From: Pirellulales bacterium
GTDB taxonomy: Bacteria; Planctomycetota; Planctomycetia; Pirellulales; PALSA-1355
Length of the DNA: 64,000 bases
Assembly: GCA_963733035.1 (NCBI GenBank)
Contig: CAVTBU010000005.1
Coordinates: forward strand, 1,088,001 to 1,152,000
Direction of reading: 5' to 3'
Part shown: piece after piece, positions 1-9,235 of the stretch
Layout of the letters: every line of letters begins with the position of its first letter
Numbering within the stretch: position 1 is the first letter of the stretch
Program-made: the position numbers and the translations under genes
The notes under the pieces: model-generated
What the model was told of the DNA's origin: nothing
Seen by the model: only the letters and a program-made list of their open reading frames with translations
Databases searched by the model: none

Positions 1-233
1 TCGGGGAGCAACTCAGCCAGCCCATCGGGCGGAGTTGTGGGGAGCAGCCGAAGAACGTCGGCCAGGTAACGGAACGGGTCAATTCCATCCCAAGGGGACG
101 CAGACATTTTCGATCACCGGCGGGCGGCGGTTGACGGTACGATGCGCGGCATGCCTCGCGCGGCTCGCACGCTTCTGGGCGGATAGGTTTATCGTATCCG
201 CAATCGGGCCAGCGACCGACCTCCGGTCGGCGC

Positions 234-273
234 AAAAAACAGCGGCCCGGTCCAACTTGGGACCGGGCCGCTG
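234..273 (-). terminator. Rho-independent terminator of the Cys-rich repeat gene
   Basis: Perfect 14-bp stem CAGCGGCCCGGTCC/GGACCGGGCCGCTG (240-273) with a T6 tract on the minus strand (A6 at 234-239), 60 nt after the stop at 334. Confidence 0.85.
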
Positions 274-333
274 GTGTTGACCAGACCTTCCTGCTGAGTA
301 CGACTCAGAAGAAGACTACACGCTTACTTTCCT

Positions 334-2655
334 TTAGCCGCCACAGCCGCAGCTCGGTTCGGCCGCACAACTGGGCTCGCAAGCCACTGGGCAGCAGACC
401 GTTACCGGAACTTGCTTGCAGACCACTTTCGGCACGCAGCGAGTGACCGTGTAAGCAACCTTCTTGGGCACACAACGAGTGACGTTGACCGTCTTCGTGT
501 AGTGCACTGGCTTGCATACCGTGTAGGGCACTTGCTTGCAGCACTTCTCAGCGACCATGTGGCAGACCTTGTAGGTGCAAGTCTTGACCCGCTTCTCGGG
601 CACCATGTGGCACACCGTGTAGTTGCAGGTCTTGACCCGCTTCTCGGCGACCATGTGGCACACCTTGTACTGGCAGGTCTTGACCCGCTTCTCGGGCACC
701 ATGTGGCACACCTTGTAGGTGCAAGTCTTGACGCGCTTCTCGGGCACCATGTGGCACACCGTGTAGTTGCAAGTCTTGACTCGCTTCTCGGGCACCATGT
801 GGCACACCGTGTAGTTGCAGGTCTTGACCCGCTTCTCGGGCACCATGTGGCAGACCTTGTACTGGCAGGTCTTCACGCGTTGCTCGGGAACCATGCGGCA
901 GACCGTGTACTGGCAAGTCTTGACCCGCTTCTCGGGCACCATGTGGCAGACCGTGTAGTTGCAAGTCTTGACCCGCTTCTCGGGCACCATGTGGCACACC
1001 TTGTACTGGCAGGTCTTGACGCGCTTCTCGGGCACCATGTGGCACACCGTGTAGTTGCAAGTCTTGACTCGCTTCTCGGGCACCATGTGGCACACCGTGT
1101 AGTTGCAGGTCTTGACCCGCTTCTCGGCGACCATGTGGCAGACCGTGTAGTTGCAGGTCTTGACCCGCTTCTCGGCGACCATGTGGCACACCTTATAGCA
1201 GCAGGTCTTGACGCGCTTCTCGGGCACCATGTGGCAGACCGTATAGTTGCAGGTCTTGACGCGCTTCTCGGGCACCATGCGGCACACCGTGTAGGGCACC
1301 TTCTTGACCTGAGTTTCACGAACGTACTTCACGCAGTTGATGGTCTTGGTGCGAGTTTCGGGAACCCAAACCCGCTTGCAAACCTTGACCGGCGGGCACT
1401 GGACGCATTCCGTCTTGCAGCAGCCGGGCTTGTAGACGCAGCAGCAGCGGCAAGGATCATAGCACCAGGTGCCACAGCCTTGCACGACACGCTTGACCAC
1501 GGGACCCGGGCACTCGGTGACCTGGGTTTCCCAGCGACCACAGCACACTTGCACGCACTTCGTATAGTGAACCGGCTTGCAGACCGTGCAGCACACTTCG
1601 CGCTCGCGAGTCTCTTGAACTGGCTTGCAAACGGTGTAGCAGATCTCGCGGGTCTTGGTTTCATAGACCGGCTTGCACACGGTGTAGCAGATCTCGCGGG
1701 TCTTGGTTTCCCAGACCGGCTTGCACACGGTGTAGCAGATCTCACGAGTCTTCGTCTCGTAGACCGGCTTGCAGACCGTGTAGCAAATTTCCCGGGTCTT
1801 CGTCTCGTAGACCGGCTTGCAGACCGTGTAGCAGATCTCACGAGTCTTCGTCTCGTAGACCGGCTTGCAAACGGTGTAGCAGATCTCGCGGGTCTTGGTT
1901 TCCCAGACCGGCTTGCAGACCGTGTAGCAGATCTCGCGAGTCTTCGTCTCGTAGACCGGCTTGCACACGGTGTAGCAGATCTCGCGGGTCTTGGTCTCAT
2001 AGACCGGCTTGCAGACCGTGTAGCAAATGTTGCGGGTCTTGGTTTCCCAGACCGGCTTGCACACGGTGTAGCAGATCTCGCGAGTCTTCGTCTCGTACAC
2101 TGGCTTGCAGACCGTGTAGCAGATCTCGCGGGTCTTGGTTTCATAGACCGGCTTGCAAACCGTGTAGCAGATCTCGCGGGTCTTGGTTTCCCAGACCGGT
2201 TTGCACACGGTGTAGCAGATCTCGCGAGTCTTGGTTTCCCAGACCGGCTTGCACACGGTGTAGCAGGTCTCGCGAGTCTTCGTCTCGTAGACCGGCTTGC
2301 AGACCGTGTAGCAAATTTCCCGGGTCTTGGTTTCCCAAACCGGCTTGCAGACCGTGTACTCGCAATTGCGGTAGGCGGTCTCGTTCACGTATTTGACGCA
2401 ATTGACCGTCTTCTGTTCGCAGACCGGCTCGTAGACCGTCTTGTAGCAGGTGTAATCCTGCTTTTCGTAGACGACCTGTTTGCAGGTCCGCATGACTGTG
2501 TGGCACTGCTGCTTGCATGCGGTATATGCGCATGGCTCGCAGCAGGTGGCACAGCATCGGTACCGGGCCGCGCCGCAGTACCCCGCTTGAGCCGCGTCTG
2601 CAAACGCGACTAGCAGGATGACCGCAACAATCGGCACACCCAACAATGCTCTCAT
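334..2655 (-). CDS. Secreted Cys-rich YTV-repeat protein (773 aa), planctomycete cell-envelope type
   Basis: ATG at 2655 preceded by GAAGGAGG; signal peptide MRALLGVPIVAVILLVAFADAAQA; two arrays of 16-aa YTVC.. repeats; about 107 Cys by manual count. Confidence 0.9.
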   Translation of the reverse strand: MRALLGVPIVAVILLVAFADAAQAGYCGAARYRCCATCCEPCAYTACKQQCHTVMRTCKQVVYEKQDYTCYKTVYEPVCEQKTVNCVKYVNETAYRNCEYTVCKPVWETKTREICYTVCKPVYETKTRETCYTVCKPVWETKTREICYTVCKPVWETKTREICYTVCKPVYETKTREICYTVCKPVYETKTREICYTVCKPVWETKTRNICYTVCKPVYETKTREICYTVCKPVYETKTREICYTVCKPVWETKTREICYTVCKPVYETKTREICYTVCKPVYETKTREICYTVCKPVYETKTREICYTVCKPVWETKTREICYTVCKPVYETKTREICYTVCKPVQETREREVCCTVCKPVHYTKCVQVCCGRWETQVTECPGPVVKRVVQGCGTWCYDPCRCCCVYKPGCCKTECVQCPPVKVCKRVWVPETRTKTINCVKYVRETQVKKVPYTVCRMVPEKRVKTCNYTVCHMVPEKRVKTCCYKVCHMVAEKRVKTCNYTVCHMVAEKRVKTCNYTVCHMVPEKRVKTCNYTVCHMVPEKRVKTCQYKVCHMVPEKRVKTCNYTVCHMVPEKRVKTCQYTVCRMVPEQRVKTCQYKVCHMVPEKRVKTCNYTVCHMVPEKRVKTCNYTVCHMVPEKRVKTCTYKVCHMVPEKRVKTCQYKVCHMVAEKRVKTCNYTVCHMVPEKRVKTCTYKVCHMVAEKCCKQVPYTVCKPVHYTKTVNVTRCVPKKVAYTVTRCVPKVVCKQVPVTVCCPVACEPSCAAEPSCGCGG
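526..1293 (-). repeat. Tandem array B: 16 x 48 bp encoding Y(T/K)VCHMV(P/A)EKRVKTC(N/Q/T)
   Basis: 768 bp = 16 units, counted in both protein and DNA. Confidence 0.95.
1591..2358 (-). repeat. Tandem array A: 16 x 48 bp encoding YTVCKPV(W/Y)ETKTREIC
   Basis: 768 bp = 16 units, counted in both protein and DNA. Confidence 0.95.
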
Positions 2656-3087
2656 GGCTTTCGTGCCTCCTTCGTGGGACGACTCAGGATGGGTCTGGTC
2701 AGGCGAGGTTTTCCCGCTATTAGCTCTATTCGGCCAGCGCACTCCATGTGCGTTAGCTGGGTAACCCAAACTTCACCATCTACCGCATTCCACGGGATGA
2801 GTAGAGTTGGCGCATTTGTTTACCCACCTTCCCCGAACGCTTCATTGGCATCGTCAATCTAGGAAGACAGCTTGACCTAGATATGCTGCGAAGCCTTTTC
2901 ATTCCCGGTAGTTGGGTAAGGCTCACCGGATTGTGCGTTCAAAAGGGGTGCTAGCGGACGTGTCGGTTTCGCTAGCGGTGTCCCACCCGCCCGATTGCGC
3001 CGGGAGTCTTGCCCGAGGGGCGGCCGTGACCTAAAGTACAATCCCCCCTTGGCGGCGCAACGGATCGTCCTTTGGCACACGTCTAGC

Positions 3088-3771
3088 ATGAGCGACCGCA
3101 AACCCAGACCACCGGCCGCCCCGGCGGCCGACTCGCCGGTGCCGAAGGCCGTCGTTAGCCGATTGAGTCTGTACCTGCGCGAGCTCCAGCATCTAGTGCG
3201 CGACGGCCACCAGCGGACCAGCAGCAGCCAACTTGGTCGTCTGTTAGGGTTTAGCGACGCCCAGGTACGCAAGGACTTGGCCTATTTTGGGCACTTCGGC
3301 CACCCCGGAATTGGCTACCGTTGTGACGACCTGATCAAAGCCATCCGCAAGATCCTGGGAACCGATCGCGACTGGCCGGTTGCGATGATCGGTACCGGCA
3401 ACCTGGGACGTGCGCTGTTGGGCTACAAGGGCTTTAGCCACCAGGGCTTTCGCATCGCGGCCGCGTTCGACGTCGACCCCCAGCGCGTGGGCGCCACGAT
3501 CGAAGGGGTGCGCGTGTTTCACCTCGACCAGCTCGCCGAAGTCGTCGCGGACCACAAAATCAAGCTCGGCATGATTGCCGTTCCGGCTACCGCGGCCCAG
3601 AACGTGGCCGATCGCCTGGTGGCCGCCGGCATCGAGGGGATCGTGAACTTCGCGCCGGTGACGATCAGCTTGCCGGAAAACGTGCGCCAGGTGGGGGTCG
3701 ACCTGGCCATCGAGCTCGAACAGCTTTCGTTCGCCGTGGTCAGCCGCGGCGCCAGCGACACCGCGGACTAA
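3088..3771 (+). CDS. rex: Redox-sensing transcriptional repressor Rex
   Basis: VPKAVVSRLSLYLR, SSSQL..QVRKDLAYFGHFG..GIGY winged helix; IGTGNLGRAL Rossmann motif; GIVNFAP. Confidence 0.95.
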   Translation: MSDRKPRPPAAPAADSPVPKAVVSRLSLYLRELQHLVRDGHQRTSSSQLGRLLGFSDAQVRKDLAYFGHFGHPGIGYRCDDLIKAIRKILGTDRDWPVAMIGTGNLGRALLGYKGFSHQGFRIAAAFDVDPQRVGATIEGVRVFHLDQLAEVVADHKIKLGMIAVPATAAQNVADRLVAAGIEGIVNFAPVTISLPENVRQVGVDLAIELEQLSFAVVSRGASDTAD

Positions 3772-3840
3772 CGGCCGCTCGCTCGCGGGCCGCCCAGCGG
3801 AACCTTGCCCTCACCTTTGGGGAAGTACTATAGTTCGAGC

Positions 3841-4077
3841 ATGACGCTGCAAACGTTCCGCGACCTGCTTACCCAAAAGCCGTTCAAGGCATTTCGCCTC
3901 GTCATGTCGAGCGGCGAGACGTACGAAGTGCGTCATCCAGAAATGGCGTGGCTAACCCGTACGAGCATTCTGGTCGGCATCGATGTGCCAGATGATTGCA
4001 TTCCTGCTGAGTTCAAGATCTGCTCGCTATTGCACGTCACCGCGGTCGAGCCGGTGGGTGGCAGCAACCACGGTTAG
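3841..4077 (+). CDS. Small conserved hypothetical protein (PVC-type 'PF.PFRL.MSSG..YEV.HPE' family)
   Basis: 78-aa ORF with QKPFKAFRLVMSSGETYEVRHPE motif. Confidence 0.7.
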   Translation: MTLQTFRDLLTQKPFKAFRLVMSSGETYEVRHPEMAWLTRTSILVGIDVPDDCIPAEFKICSLLHVTAVEPVGGSNHG

Positions 4078-4108
4078 CTCAGCGATTTCATTTCGCCGCC
4101 GTTTCCTT

Positions 4109-4197
4109 CGGCCGCAAGCCGGTAACACGTCAGCCCGGGGCATCGCGCCGGGAATGCGTTACGCCAAACGCGCCTCCCAGCCCTTAACGGGCGAAAC
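4109..4197. repeat. Degenerate REP-like palindromic element
   Basis: Short hairpins CGGC-CGCAA-GCCG, GCCCGGGGCATCGCGCCGGG and GCCC-TTAAC-GGGC between convergent genes. Confidence 0.35.
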
Positions 4198-4268
4198 TCA
4201 AACTGCAACATTCACTATTCCGGCAACCAGCCCGCAACATCAAGACTCGCGACCGAATTCTGCCACCC

Positions 4269-5486
4269 TCACGCCAACACCCGCTCCCAGCGAGCCGCGC
4301 TGTCGTCCTCCGGTCGCGTCAGCAGCATCGGCCCCCCGCTGCCGGTCGTCTCATCCACGACCATGATCCCCAATACGTTTCGCTGGCGGCGCAATTTGTC
4401 GCGAATCTTCCGCAGCTTGCGATCCGAGGGCGGTTTCCAATTCTCGTCCAAAGCCAGGAATGATCCCATCGGCGACAACTCCGGCGGCTGCAACTCGTGA
4501 TAGGCTTTAGCCCGCGCCCGCCAGGGGCGCAGTTCCGCCTCGATCTCTTGGCGACTGACCTCATCCTCGATCAACTCGGCGATTTGCCCGGCCGTGATTA
4601 GGCTGACGGCGCGAAGCGTCTCCTCGGCGTCCCACAGATCGGGATGCCCTTCGAACAGGATCGATCGCGCCCGGCGACTAAACTCCTCCCCCCGGGTTAT
4701 TCCCGCAAACGGGTCCTCGGGATCCGGTTCCTGTTCTTTACATTCCGGATAGAACAGTTCGGCCGCCTTCGCCAACACTCCGTCTGCTGGCGTCTCGGCC
4801 AGCGACACGAGCATCGGCCAATTGAATTGCGACAATTCCGACCGCTGCACTTGCGCGGCCAGCTTCGCGTCGATCTCCAGCGCTCGGGCATCGCGCAGGA
4901 TCGCGCAGCTCTGGAGAAACCGGGCCCGACTCAGCCAGCCGCAGCAGTGCATAAAGGCCCGTGCCTTGAATCGCCCGGCCGACAAGAAAAATCACGACCG
5001 ATCCATCGCAATCGGCCAGCATCCGCCCGAATTTCACATTCTTGGCGTACCACGCCGCAGCCCGACAGCGGATCTCCGTCGAGTCGGGCCAGATGTCCCT
5101 CGCAGAGGTTCAGCCGCGCCAGGCAGCGGCATGCCGTCGATACCCAATCCACCTTCGAAGTCCCGCGGAGGATTGAGCCGTAACTGCAAGCGGCCCAGTT
5201 CCAGTCCCCGCTCGAAATGCGGACGAACCACCACGTTCTTTTGAAGCACGTCAAGCAAACGCCGTCGTAATTCGTCGGGCGGCGGCGGCTGACAAGCCAA
5301 GCACGCCGCCTCCCCACAGCCGCAATCCGGATCGAACAGGTAGGACAGGTTTCCCAGTTCATCCGTGTCGGCGATCGCCTCACCGGCAGCTTGCCAACTC
5401 GCGAAGGCGTTTTTTTCCGGCGCTAGCTCGATGCGCTCGTAGCGCACAAGCGGATGCAAGAGATGATCGAACTTCCCTGCCAGCAC
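4269..5486 (-). CDS. Hypothetical protein broken by 2-3 frameshifts
   Basis: Protein-like segments continue across frames (..GMPLPG/ARLNLCEGHLARLDGDPLS/AAAWYAKNVKFGRMLADCDGSVVIFLVGRAI..PEL/AILRDARALE..); shifts near 5117, 5062 and 4905. Confidence 0.5.
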
Positions 5487-5610
5487 GGCCGTTCTCCCCT
5501 TCTGACAGCGGCACGCGATAGGCGATGCGCGGATAAACTTGCCTGGTTCCCACCCTGATCCTTCCTCGTGCCTGCGCTCAGTCTAGCAGGGGTCGCGTTT
5601 TGATGGTGCA

Positions 5611-5647
5611 AAGAAAAGAGGGCAGCCCCAATTGTTGAGGCTGCCCT
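5611..5647 (-). terminator. Rho-independent terminator
   Basis: AGGGCAGCC..GGCTGCCCT stem with a minus-strand T-rich tail, downstream of the PEP-CTERM gene. Confidence 0.7.
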
Positions 5648-5686
5648 TGCGACTTTCGCGAACACTCAGTGAAGGTTTGACCGCAA

Positions 5687-7114
5687 CTACTTCCGTCGCC
5701 GTCGAATCCCGCAGCCCACCAGGCCGAGGCCGGCGACGGCCATCAGCAGCGCCGAGCCCGGTTCGGGGACGACGTTGATGGCGCTGTTGTCGTAGGCCGT
5801 GGCCAACAGGTCCGCGTTCAACGACAGGTTGGCGCCGATATCGAGCACGAGCTGTCCGCCGAGCGTGGCGGCAAGGTGGTTGATGTTGACGTAGCCGTGC
5901 TGGCCGCTGCCGGCGTCGACATAGGTACTCAAGTTGCTGAGCTCAAAGCTTGTGGCGGGCAGATCGAGTACGACGTCCGGCTGCGTCAGTGAGATGGGCA
6001 GCGTGAACCCGAGCGTTCCCGACTGCAGGGCGGCGAACACGTCGTCAAAATCGACGTTGGTGTTCGCCTCGTGCAACACCTGGAACGAGAAGGGCAGATC
6101 GACGTTCGGCAGCGTGAGCGACTCGTTCAAATCGATCAGCGACACCGTGCCGTCGCTCAACAGACCATCGACCACGTTGTCCTCGTTGACCGTGAAGTTG
6201 ATCAGCCCGATGATCGAAATATCGGCGGCGATGTCGATGCTGCCGGTAATCGTGCCCATGATGTCGGCCACCAGGTTGCCCGAAACGGTCGTGGAGACGA
6301 GATCGATGCCGCCAGCCGACAGGTCGAGCGTTGGGCCCGCGCCCGGCACGGGGTGCGCGCCATCGACAAAGTTGCCCGAAAGCGGGTTCGTCAAGGCAAC
6401 CGGCGTGGTGGCGCCCAACGTCAGGCCTTGCAAGCTGACGTTCTGGGTCGGCGAAAAGTTCACCTGCACGTTGGAGGAGTTTTTCACCCGCAGGTCGGCA
6501 CTGAGGACGCTCGTATTGACCACGTTCGGAATCGTCACGTCATTGGGAATGGCCGCGTTAATCGAGCCCGACACGGTCGCCGTGGCGGTAATGGGGTTGT
6601 TCACCGACACATTGGTATTTTGAGCGGTGGCGCCGTTGAGAATACCGGTGCTGGACGGATCGTCCCACTTGCCGTCGGAACCGGGCACCCCGCCATCGAG
6701 CACGCCCACCACGCCGTTGGCCAGGTTGTCGCCAGCGGTAACATCGAACGAACCACTGACGGGGCTGCTGAAGGGGGTCGAGGGGATGTTGATGCCGATC
6801 GTGGTCGGAGTGATGGCGATCGGAGTCGAGGCGGTGTTGTTGTTCGACGTGCTGTTGGGGAAGAAATTCAGAAAGCCGCCGTCGTTGATTGTTTGGATAT
6901 CGAGATCCGTGACGTTGAGCATTCCCTGCGTTTGAATGGTGCCGGCGGTGTTCTGGCTCTTCACGTCGATGCCGATATCTCCGCCGAGCGTGCCAGAGAA
7001 ACCGGTTCCACCAGTGAGGTTCATGGTGTGCGTAGCGGTTTGCGCGTGCGCCGTGCTCGCTGCCGCCAGCCCCGCGCACAACAGCGCGGGCAGCAGCAAT
7101 CTTTTGCGTTTCAT
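5687..7114 (-). CDS. PEP-CTERM sorting-domain surface protein (475 aa)
   Basis: Signal peptide ending AHA-Q; S/T/N/G-rich body; C-terminal VPEPGSALLMAVAGLGLVGCGIRRRRK; AAGGAG RBS. Confidence 0.92.
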   Translation of the reverse strand: MKRKRLLLPALLCAGLAAASTAHAQTATHTMNLTGGTGFSGTLGGDIGIDVKSQNTAGTIQTQGMLNVTDLDIQTINDGGFLNFFPNSTSNNNTASTPIAITPTTIGINIPSTPFSSPVSGSFDVTAGDNLANGVVGVLDGGVPGSDGKWDDPSSTGILNGATAQNTNVSVNNPITATATVSGSINAAIPNDVTIPNVVNTSVLSADLRVKNSSNVQVNFSPTQNVSLQGLTLGATTPVALTNPLSGNFVDGAHPVPGAGPTLDLSAGGIDLVSTTVSGNLVADIMGTITGSIDIAADISIIGLINFTVNEDNVVDGLLSDGTVSLIDLNESLTLPNVDLPFSFQVLHEANTNVDFDDVFAALQSGTLGFTLPISLTQPDVVLDLPATSFELSNLSTYVDAGSGQHGYVNINHLAATLGGQLVLDIGANLSLNADLLATAYDNSAINVVPEPGSALLMAVAGLGLVGCGIRRRRK

Positions 7115-7219
7115 TAGCGTCTCCTTTTTCGTCTGCCAGCCGAAGAGGTGTTAAAGGACGCGCTGTGTGGAGTGCGCGAATCGAGAAAACGCCCTCGCAA
7201 TCCCCACAAGTTGTTCCGT

Positions 7220-7249
7220 ACTCTAAATACCCGAGCGGGGGTTCGTCAA
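7220..7249 (-). promoter_or_regulatory. Putative sigma70 promoter
   Basis: TTGACG-18 bp-TAGAGT upstream of the 7114 start. Confidence 0.5.
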
Positions 7250-7493
7250 CAAAATTCGACGAGATTTCCGGTATTGACCGCCGGGCCGTCGAGGCGCGAG
7301 ATGACGACGCGCTGGCCGCCGTCAGCCAGGGAACTCAAAATGTCCCAAAGACCCTGGTTTGGCCTCGAGCCGCGGCCTACTGGCGACGTGGGGAACCTGG
7401 TTTGCAAGAACGAACCGTGGGTTGACCTTGAGAGTCAAAGACCCTAAGACTTGTGCTTGGTAAAGCCTTTGGAACAAAGGTCTTTGCCCGCCC

Positions 7494-7564
7494 TACCCGG
7501 TGGTGTAATGGTAACACTGGAGATTTTGGCTCTCCCATTCTAGGTTCGAGTCCTAGCCGGGTAG
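7494..7564 (+). tRNA. tRNA-Gln(TTG)
   Basis: Cloverleaf: acceptor TACCCGG/CCGGGTA, D arm GTGT/ACAC, anticodon arm GGAGA-TTTTGGC-TCTCC, T arm CTAGG-TTCGAGT-CCTAG; CCA not encoded. Confidence 0.95.
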
Positions 7565-7876
7565 CTTCTTGGCTCTCGATATGCGCGCGGCGATTGCTGC
7601 GCGGCGCCTTTTCTCACGGGCGCGACGCCGCATCTTTCTTGCCGTCGCCTACGCCGCGAACGCTCGTGAACCGTGCGTGCCAATCCGTCGGAATCACCTA
7701 GTCGGCGTTGGTTTGGCGGCGTTAGCTTCCGGCTCCCCCTCAACGAAATGTTACAAAAATATCCATCGGCGCGATAAAATGCCGTTATGGCAATCTACGT
7801 AATGAGTTACGAACGATCCTAGTGGCCTCAATCCGCGCGAACTGAAAAAAACAGATAATCGGGCCAGCTTTTCTGA

Positions 7877-7904
7877 TTGACAGCGGCATTGCGCAAAATA
7901 GAAT
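7877..7904 (+). promoter_or_regulatory. Putative sigma70 promoter
   Basis: TTGACA-16 bp-TAGAAT about 100 nt upstream of the 8008 start. Confidence 0.55.
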
Positions 7905-8007
7905 CGTCGCTTGATGTACGAGACTGTCTTTGTGGGGATCTTCGCACACAAAGTCGGCTTGGTTTTCCCAGAACGCCGGTGAAACTTTCGACCAAGGAGC
8001 GCTGCTA

Positions 8008-9030
8008 ATGAATCGGAAAACAACTTGGAATGCGCTTGTCGCATTCGTCGCAGTCGCTGCACTAGCGCTGCATACGCGCCTCGCCTCGGCGGCGACGGTG
8101 TCAAGCGGAGTCAGTTTGAATACGGGCAACTTTAGTACGACCATTTCAGGCACTGGTTCCGCAACAGTCACCGGCGGCGGTGGAAATTACCGCCAATGGG
8201 CTTCTCTTGGTTTTCTCGGATGGCAGAGCACCAACATTGGTGTTTCGTTATCGAATCAGACCGTTGGCATCCACATGAGCAATGTGAACGTCAACGCGCC
8301 GGCCAGCGGCTCGGCAAACCTCACGTTCGATGACAACACGCCGCCCACGCCTATCTCGTTGGACTCGCTCGACGCGGACCTCAACGGTGCCGGTGGCAGC
8401 AACCAGAACTACAACTTCTCGATCGGCATCGATCCGATCAGCATTTCGGTTGCTGGTATCCTCAGCACCAGCATCGCGCTCACGGTTAATGGCACCATCA
8501 CCGACGCCGTGTTCCACTCGACCGGTGGTTCTGCCCCGGGCGCTGTCTATTCGATTCCTGGCAACCTGGACCTCACTTTGCAGGGCTCGGTTACGGGCGT
8601 CCTCGATCCGGGTGGACTCAACATTAACCTGGGCACGATCTACACGCTGGCCCCGACCACGCTTTCAACGGCCGTGGCGCTTCCTGGCCTGATGGTCTTG
8701 ACGGACCTGTCTGGTGGGGCGGGCCCGTTCCCGGCGGACATGGCGGTCGACCTTGGTGCGGCAATTCCGTTTCCAATCTCGGTACCCTTGTCGCTTCCGG
8801 TTGAAACGCACCAGAATTTCAGCCTCGGCACGCACCAGAGTGGCTTTACGCATCTGGACATCAATGCGGGTTCGGCGATCAATGCCACCTTTTCGTTCGG
8901 TAATCCGAGCTACGATCTGCAGGGCGTGATCCCCAGCGTCGTTGTACCCGAACCGGGCACGCTGGCGATGGGCTCGATGGCCTTGGTGGCCTTGTCGATT
9001 TTTAGTTTTCGCCGTCGCAAGTCGGCCTAA
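8008..9030 (+). CDS. PEP-CTERM sorting-domain surface protein (340 aa)
   Basis: AAGGAG RBS; signal peptide ending ASA-A; C-terminal VPEPGTLAMGSMALVALSIFSFRRRKSA. Confidence 0.92.
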   Translation: MNRKTTWNALVAFVAVAALALHTRLASAATVSSGVSLNTGNFSTTISGTGSATVTGGGGNYRQWASLGFLGWQSTNIGVSLSNQTVGIHMSNVNVNAPASGSANLTFDDNTPPTPISLDSLDADLNGAGGSNQNYNFSIGIDPISISVAGILSTSIALTVNGTITDAVFHSTGGSAPGAVYSIPGNLDLTLQGSVTGVLDPGGLNINLGTIYTLAPTTLSTAVALPGLMVLTDLSGGAGPFPADMAVDLGAAIPFPISVPLSLPVETHQNFSLGTHQSGFTHLDINAGSAINATFSFGNPSYDLQGVIPSVVVPEPGTLAMGSMALVALSIFSFRRRKSA

Positions 9031-9062
9031 ATAAGTCGTTCGCCTAGAACGATCTGACTAGC

Positions 9063-9103
9063 AACTGACGCCGGTGTCGCCTGACGCCGGCGTCAGTTTT
9101 TTT
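9063..9103 (+). terminator. Rho-independent terminator
   Basis: AACTGACGCCGGTGTC-GCCT-GACGCCGGCGTCAGTT followed by a T run. Confidence 0.85.
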
Positions 9104-9235
9104 AGCGACTGGCCCAGCCGATCACCATTCCGCCGTCGGGTCTCATGCGCAACGGCGGTTATAATTACGACTTTCCGCGCAGGCAGGCTCTCCGCCGCGA
9201 ACACATTGCTTTCGCAGCCACTCACCGAACGTACG

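Noticed and set aside
526..2358. Repeat arrays as CRISPR or non-coding satellite
   Set aside because: Contiguous 48-bp in-frame units with no unique spacers, variation mostly synonymous, no cas genes
412..2613. 733-aa plus-strand ORF and alternative-frame ORFs over the repeats
   Set aside because: Antisense or shifted shadows of a repetitive CDS; the minus-strand frame has the RBS, signal peptide and terminator
3072..3088. Sigma54-like TGGCAC-N5-TAGCA
   Set aside because: Abuts the rex start codon, leaving no room for a transcript leader, and mismatches the -12 box
4985..5036. TGA readthrough or selenocysteine joining ORFs 5034..5486 and 4269..4985
   Set aside because: The protein-like path runs through other frames; compensating indels explain it better
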